64,000 nucleotides of DNA from Nitrosopumilaceae archaeon (GCA_965200155.1 CBDATR010000005.1:1-64000), one strand, 5' to 3'. Positions 30,658 through 41,826 are shown, counted from the first letter of the stretch. The notes: generated by a model not told the origin, from the sequence alone. Translations and numbers: made by a program.

Positions 30658-31755
30658 ATGACAAAATCCTATGTCGTTATATTTCCTTCCATATATCCGC
30701 GGCAACATGTCCGGACTCTGGTAAAAAACATACGACAGGTGTTGCACATACAACAGGAACCGTTCACCTCCATACGCCGGGATGGTGACATAATACTTGT
30801 GGATGCCCACGATCCAGTCTTTGCGTCATCGGTTATAGGATCCTTGTTTGGCGTAGAACGTATAGTCATAGCCCGACAGACGGACAACGTATTTGATGAT
30901 ATAGTGGATACGGTTCATCAGCTAGGTGGCAGTCTGCTACTGGGCAACGAGACATTCCTGGTTCGGGTAGAGGGATATAGCCGAGGGTTTCTGCCCAAGG
31001 ATGTGGAGATGGCAGCCACAGGGCGCATAATTGAGACAAAATCTTCACTGGGAGCCCGTCCGGGTACACCAGAACGTTATGACAAGTTACTATATGTGTA
31101 CATGACAAAGCGTTATGCATACATCTCAATATACGTCGACGGCGGCATGGGTGGATTACCCACAGGTACACAAGGTAGGGCTGTATGCTGTGTGTTTGAT
31201 GAAATTTCTGCTGCGGCATGCTATGAGACAATGCGTATGGGCTTTGATGTGCGCATAGTGGCATGCTATGTCAAGGAATCAGATATCAACCGGCTTGCCC
31301 GTGTAGTGGACAGACTAATCCCCTTTCTTTTGACCAAATTCATACCTATGACATTCCACAAGATCTGCCCGGTATCTTCTGGGTATGGTGATATGGCAGC
31401 ATCATCCACACAGACTTCCCTATACGTGGCTCATGAATGTAATGCCACCCATGTGGGACTGCCACTATCCCGTATGGCGTTTGCCGGCCCTATTACCGAT
31501 GTCCTTGCAGATAGGGTCTACCAGGCAGGTTTGGTACCGCTGAGTATGTTGGGTGATCATGGCAGGGTACAACATACACTGGTGCAGTTGAACTTGGCCG
31601 CCAAATCGCCTGGCGTGCGTCGCATAATGGGGCGCACTCACGCGTGTGGCGCGGAGATTCCGAGTACTATCCCTGGCAATACAATAAACGTAAAGGCCGG
31701 TCCCAATAGCTTGCATGATATGTTGGACTCATTGCACCAGACACTGGAATTTTAA
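30658..31755 (+). CDS. THUMP-domain ThiI-like protein (degenerate PP-loop)
   Basis: LFGVE, TFLVRV, GMGGLPTGTQG. Confidence 0.75.
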   Translation: MTKSYVVIFPSIYPRQHVRTLVKNIRQVLHIQQEPFTSIRRDGDIILVDAHDPVFASSVIGSLFGVERIVIARQTDNVFDDIVDTVHQLGGSLLLGNETFLVRVEGYSRGFLPKDVEMAATGRIIETKSSLGARPGTPERYDKLLYVYMTKRYAYISIYVDGGMGGLPTGTQGRAVCCVFDEISAAACYETMRMGFDVRIVACYVKESDINRLARVVDRLIPFLLTKFIPMTFHKICPVSSGYGDMAASSTQTSLYVAHECNATHVGLPLSRMAFAGPITDVLADRVYQAGLVPLSMLGDHGRVQHTLVQLNLAAKSPGVRRIMGRTHACGAEIPSTIPGNTINVKAGPNSLHDMLDSLHQTLEF

Positions 31756-31776
31756 ACAGCATATACATCGTATCAT

Positions 31777-33009
31777 ATGATGCGCATAGCGGAATTTATC
31801 TATCCCTGGGGCAACGGGCACTATTCCCGGATGATGCGTCTCAACGCTGTGCTACATGAGTATATTCGTGAACCGGATGTGCATTATATCAGTCGAGGCG
31901 AAATATATGACAAGCTACTAGCCACTTTCCCGGATTGCTCTGATAATATACATCATGTAATGATGCCTGTTCCAATAGACGGGGAGATGGGTCCTGACCT
32001 TTTACGGTGCACATTAAACATCTTGCTGCCCATGGCTGGCAATCCGCCGCTGGTTAAGCAAATCGCCTCATACCTGAGGGAGGAGCGAAGAATCTACAAC
32101 AGTTGCGGATTTGACTTTGTGATAAACGATGGTGACATGGGCTCCAACATACTGGCCAATAAACGAGGTATACCAAGCATGTTTGTAACGAATCAGTTCC
32201 GACCGCAACTCTGGGCTAGCCGTTTCTATTTTTATCCGGGATTGGAGTTTATATCTAGACAAATATCAAAGGCTACCTGCATAGTTGTAGCCGACTCGCC
32301 ACCGCCTTACACACTGTGTGAGTACAATCTGAACTTTACAAAAAACGTATCAGAAAAGGTACACTACGTGGGGCATTTCACAAATGATATGCATATGCCC
32401 AGAACAGAGGAGACCGATTTGGAACGTATGATACGCGGCCAGGACTTTGGATACTGGATGCGAACCGGCAACAAGTCCACCAATGACGGAACGGGTAAAC
32501 GATATGGGGAAATATTTGCTCAAGACTCCATGAAAAATGAGAGGCGTATAGTCTCCCACGCACGAAAGGATCCCCGTATCGACTCGGTTATCGGCAAGGA
32601 TGGGGCTAGGTATACCATATCCGAGGCATATGATAAGAAGATAGACTGGATCCAAATAGATGTGGGTTTTCTATCTCCGCAGGAGAAGGAGAGTGTTCTG
32701 GAACAGTGCTCCTATGCGGTTGTCAATGGCTCTCACACAGTTATGGGCGAGATACTAGGCGGCAAGCAAAAACCTGTGATTGGCATGCCTGTCTATGATG
32801 AGCACACAAACAACATACGATGGGCCGCACAGAAAGGTCTTGGTGTCCTGGCCGAGAACACCAGGGGAGCCATCCGGGGTATACAAAGTATACGACGGGA
32901 TGCGGAGTCATTCCAGGAGGCACTCTCGGACTTTGGTTCTCATTTCGTGGCTGACGGGGCACGTAATGCGGCCCGTCTTGCATCGTGCACATTACAGGAA
33001 AAAAGATAA
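31777..33009 (+). CDS. GT-B glycosyltransferase
   Basis: WGNGHYSR, NGSHTVMGE, PVYDEH. Confidence 0.8.
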   Translation: MMRIAEFIYPWGNGHYSRMMRLNAVLHEYIREPDVHYISRGEIYDKLLATFPDCSDNIHHVMMPVPIDGEMGPDLLRCTLNILLPMAGNPPLVKQIASYLREERRIYNSCGFDFVINDGDMGSNILANKRGIPSMFVTNQFRPQLWASRFYFYPGLEFISRQISKATCIVVADSPPPYTLCEYNLNFTKNVSEKVHYVGHFTNDMHMPRTEETDLERMIRGQDFGYWMRTGNKSTNDGTGKRYGEIFAQDSMKNERRIVSHARKDPRIDSVIGKDGARYTISEAYDKKIDWIQIDVGFLSPQEKESVLEQCSYAVVNGSHTVMGEILGGKQKPVIGMPVYDEHTNNIRWAAQKGLGVLAENTRGAIRGIQSIRRDAESFQEALSDFGSHFVADGARNAARLASCTLQEKR

Positions 33010-33292
33010 TTGGCGTACTGTGCCCAGCCATGTCATCTGGCATGCGGGTCTTTAGACGGGCGAACTGACCGCAAGGGATGAGGATATATTCCGCATGCCG
33101 GATTGATACCACTGTACCCACACACGACTGAAACGTGGCTAGTACGGTATTGGCTTGGAAACGCCACTCAAAGAATTTCACTCGCTACAGAAAGTGATCC
33201 AAAAATGGATGGAGCGCGATGCCAATTACTGGGCGACATGATTTTCGTATAATCCGTTACCAATTCATATATGGTAAGGCTTACGCATCTTT

Positions 33293-34006
33293 GTGAAGCG
33301 ATTTACGCAACAACAGGTACAAGAGCTTAATGAAACGATTCACCAGCCTCATGATGCCCTGTTATGGGCATCTGAGAACCTGCACCCACGCGTGGCCAAG
33401 GCGTCAAGTTTCGGCGCAGAAGATGCGGTCATGATAGACATGATGATCAAGATAAATCCTGACTTTCGCTTCTTCACACTGGATACAGGTCGCCTGCCTC
33501 AGGCCACCTATGATATAATGGATGCAGTACAGAAACGCTATCGTGCACACATAGAGGTACTGTTTCCTGATACACAGTCAGTACAGGATATGGTAAGCCA
33601 GAAGGGTCCAAACCTCTTTTATGACAATGTGGAGAATCGCAAACTTTGTTGCCGTATACGCAAGGTGGATCCCATGAATCGCATGCTCTCTACCTTGGAT
33701 GGCTGGATAACCGGACTGCGCCGGGACCAGACTCAGGTACGCCAGGACATGAACATTTTCCAATTGGACGGGGCACATGGTGGTATTCTAAAGATAAATC
33801 CCATTATAGACTGGAGCTGGGATGATGTCTGGGTCTATATAAAAAAGCACAATGTTCCGTATAATCATCTTTTGGATAAGGGTTATCCCAGTATAGGATG
33901 CGAGCCGTGCACACGCGCCATAAAGGATGGGGAGGATATACGTACCGGTCGCTGGTGGTGGGAGCAGGGTATAAAAGAGTGCGGATTACACATCTCCGAT
34001 CAGTAA
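33293..34006 (+). CDS. cysH: APS/PAPS reductase
   Basis: [34 protein letters not shown]. Confidence 0.94.
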   Translation: MKRFTQQQVQELNETIHQPHDALLWASENLHPRVAKASSFGAEDAVMIDMMIKINPDFRFFTLDTGRLPQATYDIMDAVQKRYRAHIEVLFPDTQSVQDMVSQKGPNLFYDNVENRKLCCRIRKVDPMNRMLSTLDGWITGLRRDQTQVRQDMNIFQLDGAHGGILKINPIIDWSWDDVWVYIKKHNVPYNHLLDKGYPSIGCEPCTRAIKDGEDIRTGRWWWEQGIKECGLHISDQ

Positions 34007-34007
34007 G

Positions 34008-35180
34008 TTGACAAAAACTACATCACCCAACACAGAGGTAGCCTACAAGGGCAACATAAGGCCCCATGGCGGGAGACTCATCAATCGGTTTGGTAGTGTG
34101 GATACCAAGGACATGTACAGTATCCAGACCAGTACTGATCTGGCCGCGGATGTGGAGAATATAGCCGACGGTATAATGAGTCCCCTAGAGGGGTTTATGT
34201 GCCAGGATGATTTGGAGTCGGTTATAAACAAGGGCAGGCTGTCTAACGGTCTGGCATGGACAATTCCAATATTACTGGCAGTAAAAAAGGAGGTGGCTAC
34301 AGAAGCAAAGAGCGCAGGTGATGTACTACTCAGGGATCCCAACGGACACGAGTATGCCGTACTGCATGTGGAAGATTCATTCAAACTGGTCCGCAAGGAT
34401 ATGGCTAGCAAGGTCTTTGGTACCGATGACATATCACATCCTGGCGTAGCCAAGACCATATCCTTGGAGGGGTTTGTTATAGGTGGCAAAATAACCTACC
34501 TAAAGCGACCCCCCATGACCATGCTTAGGCGGCACCGTCTTACGCCCATTGAAACTAGGGACCTATTCAGTGATATGGGGTGGAAGACTATTGTTGCATT
34601 CCAGACACGAAATCCGCCACACGTTGCACACGAGATGTTGCAAAAGACATCCATCACCGTCAGAGACGGTGTATTCATAAGCCCGATACTTGGCGAGAAA
34701 AAGTCTGGCGACTTTACTAATGATGTAATAATCAAGTCGTATGAATTAATGACACTATACTATTACGCCCCGAACCGGTGCAAGATGGCCACCTTGCACA
34801 CGGAGATGAAGTATGCCGGACCCAAGGAGGCCATACATCATGCAATAATGCGTCAGAACTATGGCTGTACGCATATAGCCATAGGCCGGGATCACGCTGG
34901 CGTAGGTAATTTCTACGACCCCTTTGCTGCCCATAGAATATTTGATGACTATCAGGATCTGGAGATTGCGCCAATATTCTTTCCAGCGTTCTTCTACTGT
35001 AGAAGCTGTCTTACATTTACAAACGGCAAGGTTTGTCCCCATGGACCAGAAGATAGAGAGTCAGTTAGCGGTACAAAATTGCGTGATATGCTACAGAATA
35101 ACATCATGCCCTCCAAGTTCATACTGCGTCCTGAGGTGGCGCGCCTGATAATACGCATGCCCAACAAGTTTGTTCCATGA
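34008..35180 (+). CDS. sat: Sulfate adenylyltransferase
   Basis: [27 protein letters not shown]. Confidence 0.95.
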   Translation: MTKTTSPNTEVAYKGNIRPHGGRLINRFGSVDTKDMYSIQTSTDLAADVENIADGIMSPLEGFMCQDDLESVINKGRLSNGLAWTIPILLAVKKEVATEAKSAGDVLLRDPNGHEYAVLHVEDSFKLVRKDMASKVFGTDDISHPGVAKTISLEGFVIGGKITYLKRPPMTMLRRHRLTPIETRDLFSDMGWKTIVAFQTRNPPHVAHEMLQKTSITVRDGVFISPILGEKKSGDFTNDVIIKSYELMTLYYYAPNRCKMATLHTEMKYAGPKEAIHHAIMRQNYGCTHIAIGRDHAGVGNFYDPFAAHRIFDDYQDLEIAPIFFPAFFYCRSCLTFTNGKVCPHGPEDRESVSGTKLRDMLQNNIMPSKFILRPEVARLIIRMPNKFVP

Positions 35181-35289
35181 GAAATACAGTGCTTGCTCTG
35201 TCATGATCTTGGCTGGCGCCATGTATTAGTATAGTTTTTTCAGGATTTTTGGTGTTTAGTATATATTCAATCAACGATTATCCTATTCA

Positions 35290-36261
35290 TTGTCATTTCC
35301 AGCACGCCGTCTTCACCGTTTGCGTCGTACCAAAACCATGAGGCGATTACTCCGGGAGAGCGCCGTTACCGTTGATGATCTGGTCTGTCCAGTATTTGTT
35401 GGAGAAGGACTGGAATCCCGTGAGCCCATAGGATCCATGACGGGAATAGAGCGCATACCTCTGGACATGGTGCGCGACGAGATACTGGATATACGGGATA
35501 TGGGTATACCTGCTGTTATGCTTTTTGGGATACCACAAAACAAGGACGAGAAGGGAAGCTCCGCGTATGATGATAACGGCATAGTACAGAAGGCCATAGC
35601 CGAGTCTCGCAAAGCGACCGATGATATGGTGATAATGGCAGATGTGTGTATGTGTCAGTATACGTCTACGGGTCATTGTGGAATATATGAGGACGGCCGA
35701 ATAGATAACGACACTTCCATATCATATCTGGGTCGTATTGCAGCCAGCTACGCAAAAGTTGGTGTAGACGTGGTATCTCCCTCTGCCATGATGGATGGTC
35801 AGGTGTCTGCAATCCGTACGCAGTTGGATGATGGTGGCTTTGGGCATGTGGCAATAATGTCGCATACGGCCAAGCACCGTTCCTCCCTGTACTCGCCCTT
35901 CCGTGATGCTGCCGACTGTGCCCCAAAATTTGGCGATCGTCGAAGCTACCAGGTTCCATATACAAACATGCGCGAAGCCATGGCCGAAGTGCAGGCAGAT
36001 GTGGACGAGGGGGTGGATATAGTAATGATAAAACCGGCGCTACCTTATCTTGATTTGGTAGCTGAGGTAAGGCGGCGATTAGACCTGCCTGTTGCGGCAT
36101 ACAGTGTATCCGGTGAATATGCGCTAGTCCAGGCGGCGCACAATAATGGCTGGATAGATAAGACTGCTGTTACCCGGGAGATTCTAGGTTCCATAAAACG
36201 GGCTGGTGCAGATATTATCATCACCTATTTTGCCAAAGATATTGCCCGCCTGCTGGATTGA
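35290..36261 (+). CDS. hemB: Porphobilinogen synthase
   Basis: DVCMCQYTSTGHCG, SAMMDG, PFRDA, MIKPA, VSGEY. Confidence 0.96.
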   Translation: MSFPARRLHRLRRTKTMRRLLRESAVTVDDLVCPVFVGEGLESREPIGSMTGIERIPLDMVRDEILDIRDMGIPAVMLFGIPQNKDEKGSSAYDDNGIVQKAIAESRKATDDMVIMADVCMCQYTSTGHCGIYEDGRIDNDTSISYLGRIAASYAKVGVDVVSPSAMMDGQVSAIRTQLDDGGFGHVAIMSHTAKHRSSLYSPFRDAADCAPKFGDRRSYQVPYTNMREAMAEVQADVDEGVDIVMIKPALPYLDLVAEVRRRLDLPVAAYSVSGEYALVQAAHNNGWIDKTAVTREILGSIKRAGADIIITYFAKDIARLLD

Positions 36262-36363
36262 ATACTGCTTGCACGATAATCTGTGTTGTGCCGCTTTCTG
36301 TAACTGCTCAGGTTTCCCCTCACATTATACTAATTGTTATATTTTATGATACGTAAATCCAGA

Positions 36364-37397
36364 TGTAATGTATGAAAAGTCGATCCACTAGTCATTGGCA
36401 TCCCGCTCCATCCATTTTACATCATTTGCCCTAATTGTCTGGGGTATGAGTTCACGTCTTCCGGAATCTTGTCGACAAATCACATTAACTGTCGCGATCA
36501 GTTGTGCGTAAATTTAAACACAGGTGAACTCATACTGTCTGGGTCGCCTTTTTATTCCTGAAGCGGCGTTTCGCCGTTATCTATATCCAGTGAGAAGTGC
36601 AATCTTCTCTCATTGTAGTAGTCCACATAATCCCGGAGACTGTCATAATGCAATATCTCGTCCTCAATCGTTCTGTAGAAGCGCTCCAGTTTGCCATTTG
36701 TCTGTGGATGGTATGGCCTGGAATTGATTAGTATGATGTCTTGATCCAGCAGTTCTTCCTAGAATAGTGGGTTTCCAGTTCTTTTTGTACTTTTATTGTA
36801 CTACGAAACACGCGCCGTTATCCGAGATGCAGGGGCGCCGAATCGTTTCATTGCCAGTCTCAGTAATAGAGAGGCGTTCTCTGAGGTTGCATGCTCAAAT
36901 AGTGCCGCCCCGACTATACACCTGGATGCGTCATCTATGAGATTCAGTCTCCCTGAAGCGCTCATCTTTCATGACATGCCAGTGCCACATTACATTGGAA
37001 TATTTACGCTCGTAGCGTACCCACTCTGACTTTGCAGGTGATGAGACTGTCGTACCGTTCTTTTTCATTATGCGATATACTGCGCGATATATTGTAATTC
37101 TGTCTAAGCCTCTTTGCAATACGTACTACTCCGGCGGGATTCTTGCTGCATGCTTCAGTTACCATTCGTATCTGGGTGGCGGTGATTGGTATCATAGGCA
37201 TGCCCATCTTTACTCGAGTCGTTCCCGTTCTCTGGTTCACAATCTTCGTACGTGCCTTGTTTCAGGTCTTGAGCTATTTTAGTTGTGGCAACGCCTCTTT
37301 TGTCTTGATTCCTCTGTTATTCTCTTTACCATCTGACTTGTGTAATCTGAACTACTGTACGCCGGATCCTAAGCGGACTTACTTTTCGCACTATTGA
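36364..37397 (-). mobile_element. Non-autonomous IS481-family element, copy 2 (contains MITE-A)
   Basis: Reverse complement of copy 1. Confidence 0.88.
36444..36535 (+). mobile_element. MITE-A copy nested in IS481
   Basis: TSD TGTCTGGG; site empty in the other IS481 copies. Confidence 0.93.
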
Positions 37398-37823
37398 TAG
37401 TTGTCAGTTATATGTCACCTTTTGGTGATCAGAGCAGGACGCAATTCTCTTTATAGGTACCATACCCGGATATCGTAGAAATGGGACCCACACTCCGGGT
37501 AAGGACGGGGATAACAGGGTAATCAGTCCATATTCAATCCATGTATTGCACTTGAATCCATGTACCTACTTTACAGCGCCAATGACAGGTATGTGTTTAA
37601 TTGGAATCTTTTCCGCACGTAACGCATCCCAAATCTTTGGCACGCCCACAGCTGGTTCTTCGCCGCACATTGAAGGGTCTCTGATTCTAGCTGGTATTAG
37701 TGTGGTTTCCAATTATTGCCGCGCTAGATTGGGATTGTGTGGGCAGGAGACCCGCCTCCTGCGCGCCATGAGTGGAGAGGCAGGAATCCCATGCGGGACA
37801 TATGTCAAAGATGAGCAAACTAG

Positions 37824-37845
37824 GGGACTTTTATCTAAAAGTCCA
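37824..37845. mobile_element. 22-bp hairpin micro-element
   Basis: GGGACTTTTATCTAAAAGTCCA flanked by ACTAG at 37819-37823 and 37846-37850; second copy at 61725-61746. Confidence 0.7.
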
Positions 37846-38089
37846 ACTAGAAGGTAGCGAAAGGATGTAACAGGCGATGATTAGTGGAGATATTCATGAA
37901 ACCGTATTCAAGTGAGTGGACGTGACAGTCATAATCATGTATTAACATCAAAGACACCGTTGCAAACCTTGCTCTATTCCCATACTGTACCTGCAATGAC
38001 TAGGCGACTGGTGGGAAAAATCATTCCTGGACGCTCAGGTGGGATTCTGACCCACAACAGGAGTCCAAACACTACTTGGTTATGCTTAT

Positions 38090-38662
38090 CTGTCCGACTA
38101 ACAGACTTTTAGATTTCAGTGTCCGCCGCAATAACCCATGGCAGGTATGAGTTCACCTGTGTCTAAATGGAACGGGTCATTCTATAACTGATCGCGACAG
38201 TTAAAGAACCGGTTCTTTTGTGCACAAGATTCCGGAAGACGTGAACTCATACCATGGCAGTGGTCGCGGCTCCAAAGAGTATGTTTAGGACATTGGCATC
38301 CACGCCGGTGGACATCATTGTAAACATCAACATCATTAATCCACCCAGACCGGCAAATATCATCATGGTTAAAGGAAGCTGCTTTGGCGGAGGCCTTGTC
38401 TGCTTGCCAGTGGGCTTTTCCGGAATGACGCCATTCTTTACTGCCTCCAGGCATACGAACAGTACCGACCATGATTGTGTGATTTCAGGTAATAGTATTC
38501 CACGCCGCAGAATGAGCAGGGCTTAGTGGGTATTCCGTGATCAAACTCCCGGCCAAGATCCACCATGCAATTCTTGCAGTAGTGGCCGGGAATTCGCCAC
38601 ATGTTCTGGAACTTGTATTTCTTCCAGCTTAGCGTCTTGCCACAACCACTACAGTTAGTCAT
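38090..38662 (-). pseudogene. Zn-finger plus TM protein, frameshifted and MITE-interrupted
   Basis: CSGCG..CKNC..CSFCG ORF at 38438-38662; hydrophobic continuation LPLTMMIFAGLGGLMMLMF..NILFGAATTAMG in another frame, cut by the MITE. Confidence 0.6.
38145..38252 (-). mobile_element. MITE-A variant with two palindromic cassette substitutions
   Basis: TSD CATGGCAG; 108 bp. Confidence 0.9.
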
Positions 38663-38682
38663 GTCTTTCTCTCATCATTACC

Positions 38683-38774
38683 GTATGAGTTCACGTCTTC
38701 CGGAATCTTGTGCACAAATCACATTAACTGTCGCGATCAGTTATGCGTAAATTTAGACACAGGTGAACTCATAC
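38683..38774 (+). mobile_element. MITE-A copy
   Basis: TSD TCATTACC. Confidence 0.93.
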
Positions 38775-38811
38775 TCATTACCTTCTTAATACCTGCTCTG
38801 GCCTCTATTAT

Positions 38812-39059
38812 GGAAATTATATACGAAAGTAGCACGGCAGTAGGACTTTCACTAGAATAATGATTCCAGTCCAGGAATGGCGGCATAGTTACAATAAGTC
38901 GTATAACAAGTTCAGCCAGGGAACCGGTTCTATTCCATGGAATGGTGAATCATTCTAGTTACGCGTAGCGCCATTCTTGGACTGGAACGGGTTACATTCC
39001 ATTTTCGTCCCTAGTTGGAGCGATACGCTTCTCCTGTCCTACGTTCGTATATAATTCCC
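38812..39059. mobile_element. MITE-B (~248 bp), copy 1
   Basis: TIR GG(A/G)AATTATATACGAAAGTAGCAC (imperfect); near-identical copy at 44293-44541. Confidence 0.8.
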
Positions 39060-39109
39060 AATCATCACTAACGCGCACATAAATCTGACCTCGACTCAGC
39101 TTTGGTATA

Positions 39110-39590
39110 GCGCCCACCATAACTTCTTGTCCGGTAGATGACCGTACTTTTATAGAACAACCACTAGAGTAGAATCACCAGATGACGGATGACATAATTT
39201 GGACCGTCATTATACCGTTGAAGAAAAATAAGGAGTTCTCCCGGCGCGCCAAGATATTTGGTTACACATACGATTACGTGTATAACAGGGGCGGTGTCCG
39301 AGATTACGCTGGGCGGTTACTACATACCTGGAACCACTCGTGAATTGAAACATGATCCGGCCAAGGTCAAGAATAAGAACGAGTACACCAAGTCACCATA
39401 CGACCTAAAGAAGGGCGATCCACTTTACGTGAATCAGCTACCGCGTTCTAGAACGGTTATCAGGGGACGGTTTACCCGTACAACCGGAAGCGTCAGGGTG
39501 GGAATAATGGCGACAAGCCAAAGCCATGTGCTGCCCAGGAACGAGGCATCATATTCTCAATGACTTATGGTGACCGCTATAATCCAGTGA
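39110..39590 (+). pseudogene. Decayed repeated ORF, possibly a tnpB-like N-terminus; parts repeated at 13545-13995 and 15803-15930
   Basis: IFGYTYDYVYNR(A)VSEI resembles the TnpB N-terminal HTH region; stops and frameshifts. Confidence 0.35.
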
Positions 39591-39614
39591 CAACGGGTAT
39601 ATTTTCTAAAAAAA

Positions 39615-39647
39615 TTAGCATAGGCTAAAAAAGTTAGCATAGGCTAA
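39615..39647 (+). promoter_or_regulatory. Tandem DtxR/MntR-type operator boxes next to a TATA box
   Basis: TTAGCATAGGCTAA twice (39615-39628, 39634-39647), then TTTTATAT at 39649. Confidence 0.75.
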
Positions 39648-39678
39648 ATTTTATATTCAGGGCAGAAGATTTCCGTTC

Positions 39679-40677
39679 ATGCGATCTACGCGGGTCATGC
39701 TCATAGCTATTCCAGCCTTGGCCGCCCTGTCTCTCCTGGCAATACTGCCTGATGCATCCACCGCAACAGAGACCACTTTTATCACTCACACAGGTGCGAT
39801 AATCAGGACCACCGGCGAGGTACTAGACCCGGTATATGCGCCCAGCACCGTAGAATTTGATCCCGACGAATTCCTGCGCAACTTTGAGTATGGTAGGATA
39901 TCGCAGGAGAACGGCCAGACCGTCCGGGAGTACACCATAGTGGCGCGTGATGATCAGGTTCAGGAGATATCACCGGGAGTATACTATAATGTGTGGACGT
40001 ATAACGGGACCGTGCCCGGACCCACCATACGGGCCACCGAGGGGGATATAGTACGAATACATTTCATAAACCAGGGCTCAAAGCCCCATACCATGCACTT
40101 CCACGGCATACATCCAGCAGAAATGGACGGCGTATTCGAGATTGTGGGCCAGAACGGCGGCCAGTTTATGTATGAATTTGAGGCTGGACCAGTAGGCGTG
40201 CACCCTTACCACTGTCATATAATGCCCCTGGAAGAGCACATAGTGCACGGCCTATACGGTATGTTCATCGTGGATCCCCGGGAGGGTAGACCGCCCGCAG
40301 ACGAGATGGTAATGATTCTAAACGGATTTGATACAGATTTTGACGGCGAGAATAATTATTACGCGGCCAATACTGTCCCCTTCTATTACCAACACCACCC
40401 CATACAGATAGAGGTAGATCAGCTTGTGCGAATATACGTCGCAAACATGGTAGAGTTTGATCCCATCAACAACTTTCACCTGCACGGCAACCTGTACTAT
40501 TACTACCCAACCGGAACCGACACAGTACCATCCCATTATACGGACATGATTACCATGTCCCAGACCGAGCGCGGGATAATGGAGTTCTCCTATACATATC
40601 CTGGCATGTATCTGTTCCACGCGCATAAAGTGGAGTTCTCTGAGAAGGGCTGGGCTGGTACGTTCCTGGTGCAATGA
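39679..40677 (+). CDS. Two-domain multicopper oxidase, secreted or membrane-anchored
   Basis: N-terminal hydrophobic helix; PGPTIR, HTMHFHG, YHCH..HIVHGLYG, FHLHG, FHAH. Confidence 0.9.
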   Translation: MRSTRVMLIAIPALAALSLLAILPDASTATETTFITHTGAIIRTTGEVLDPVYAPSTVEFDPDEFLRNFEYGRISQENGQTVREYTIVARDDQVQEISPGVYYNVWTYNGTVPGPTIRATEGDIVRIHFINQGSKPHTMHFHGIHPAEMDGVFEIVGQNGGQFMYEFEAGPVGVHPYHCHIMPLEEHIVHGLYGMFIVDPREGRPPADEMVMILNGFDTDFDGENNYYAANTVPFYYQHHPIQIEVDQLVRIYVANMVEFDPINNFHLHGNLYYYYPTGTDTVPSHYTDMITMSQTERGIMEFSYTYPGMYLFHAHKVEFSEKGWAGTFLVQ

Positions 40678-41798
40678 GCGCACGCCAGCTGGCCGCGGCC
40701 CTTATACCATTTGCCCTTATAATCATACTAGTCGTATATATCACCGGACCGGGTGCAGATGTCGTAACTACAGGCACCCCGCTGCCGGAGATAACCCTAG
40801 AGCGCATAGACTTTGTAGAGGGCGAGGTACAGGTGACGGTACGCAACACGGGACCCCTACCAGTCAATATAGTACAGGGCGACGTAAATGATCGTATACA
40901 GCCAGCAGCAGTCGAGCCGGACGGCTACCTGACGCGTTTTGAAACTGCGCTGGTGCGTATCCCATACTCATGGAACCCGGCCGAGCCATATACGCTGGGC
41001 ATTACGATACAGGACGGTACACGTTTTGAGAGACTAGTGGAAGCGGCAGCACCGGCAGTCATTCTGGACATCGACAGGATAGGAGAGTTTGCCCTAGTGG
41101 GTACCTACATTGGCATAATCCCAGTATTCATCGGATTGATGTGGCTACCCTTTATACGGCGCCTGGACAAGAATATGCTTTCTTTCTTTCTGGCCCTGAC
41201 CCTGGGACTGTTGATATTCCTGGGCATAGATACCGTAGAGGAAGCCGTGGAGATATCCAAAGAGAACCTATCTCCGTCCATGAATAGTGCACTAATGATA
41301 TTCACCGTGGCTGCTGTCGCCTTTCTGGCATTACAGTATACAGGAAGCCGTCTTGGAGAGCAACGCGCCCCGCTGGCCGCGGCACTCTTCATATCCATAG
41401 GAATAGGACTGCACAACTTTGGCGAGGGGCTGGCACTGGGAGCAGCGTTGAATTTGGGGTCCGCGGCATTCTCCGCATATCTTATGGCCGGTTTTGCCAT
41501 TCATAATACAACAGAGGGCATAGCCATAGCATCCCCCCTGGCATCACAGAAGCGCATAATCTCCAAGCTAATCATATTTGGAATGATAGCCGGGGCCCCA
41601 GCCATATTTGGGGTCTGGACTGGCGGATTCTTCTACTCCCCTTTGTCGGCCACAATATTCCTGGCGGTGGGAGCAGGCGCAATATTTCAGGTTACATATT
41701 CCATATTCAAGTGGATAGGAAACGTATCCACACCCCACATATGCGGAGGCATGACTGTAGGGATAGTCATAATGTATGTCACCAGCATCATAGTGTAG
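40674..41798 (+). CDS. ZIP-family divalent metal transporter with extracellular N-terminal domain
   Basis: GLHNFGEGLA, AIHNTTEGIA; ATGA overlap with the oxidase gene. Confidence 0.9.
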   Translation: MSARQLAAALIPFALIIILVVYITGPGADVVTTGTPLPEITLERIDFVEGEVQVTVRNTGPLPVNIVQGDVNDRIQPAAVEPDGYLTRFETALVRIPYSWNPAEPYTLGITIQDGTRFERLVEAAAPAVILDIDRIGEFALVGTYIGIIPVFIGLMWLPFIRRLDKNMLSFFLALTLGLLIFLGIDTVEEAVEISKENLSPSMNSALMIFTVAAVAFLALQYTGSRLGEQRAPLAAALFISIGIGLHNFGEGLALGAALNLGSAAFSAYLMAGFAIHNTTEGIAIASPLASQKRIISKLIIFGMIAGAPAIFGVWTGGFFYSPLSATIFLAVGAGAIFQVTYSIFKWIGNVSTPHICGGMTVGIVIMYVTSIIV

Positions 41799-41826
41799 AA
41801 ACACGCCTGTGTCTGGATTTACGTAT

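Noticed and set aside
33196-33255. Short match to the IS481 right-end region before cysH
   Set aside because: A diverged fragment of about 50 bp, too small to call as an element
37506-37523. 16 of 18 bases match the I-SceI site (GGGATAACAGGGTAAT)
   Set aside because: Isolated match with no rRNA context, homing endonuclease or vector sequence; treated as coincidence
37398-37560. Possible missing 5' half of the FN3 gene after undoing the inversion
   Set aside because: The in-frame translation is not FN3-like, contains a stop, and no TSD links it to 42774
9043-38472. Many short ORFs containing YEFTSSGILCTNHINCRDQLCVNLDTGELI or MSSRLPESYAQ
   Set aside because: They are translations of MITE-A in different frames, not a protein family
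38812-38835. MITE-B TIR resembles a loxP arm (TATACGAA)
   Set aside because: Only a short partial match, and the arms are not separated by an 8-bp spacer
39679-40677. Calling the multicopper oxidase nirK
   Set aside because: Its His pattern and ZIP/operator context fit a two-domain MCO better; nitrite reductase is not supported
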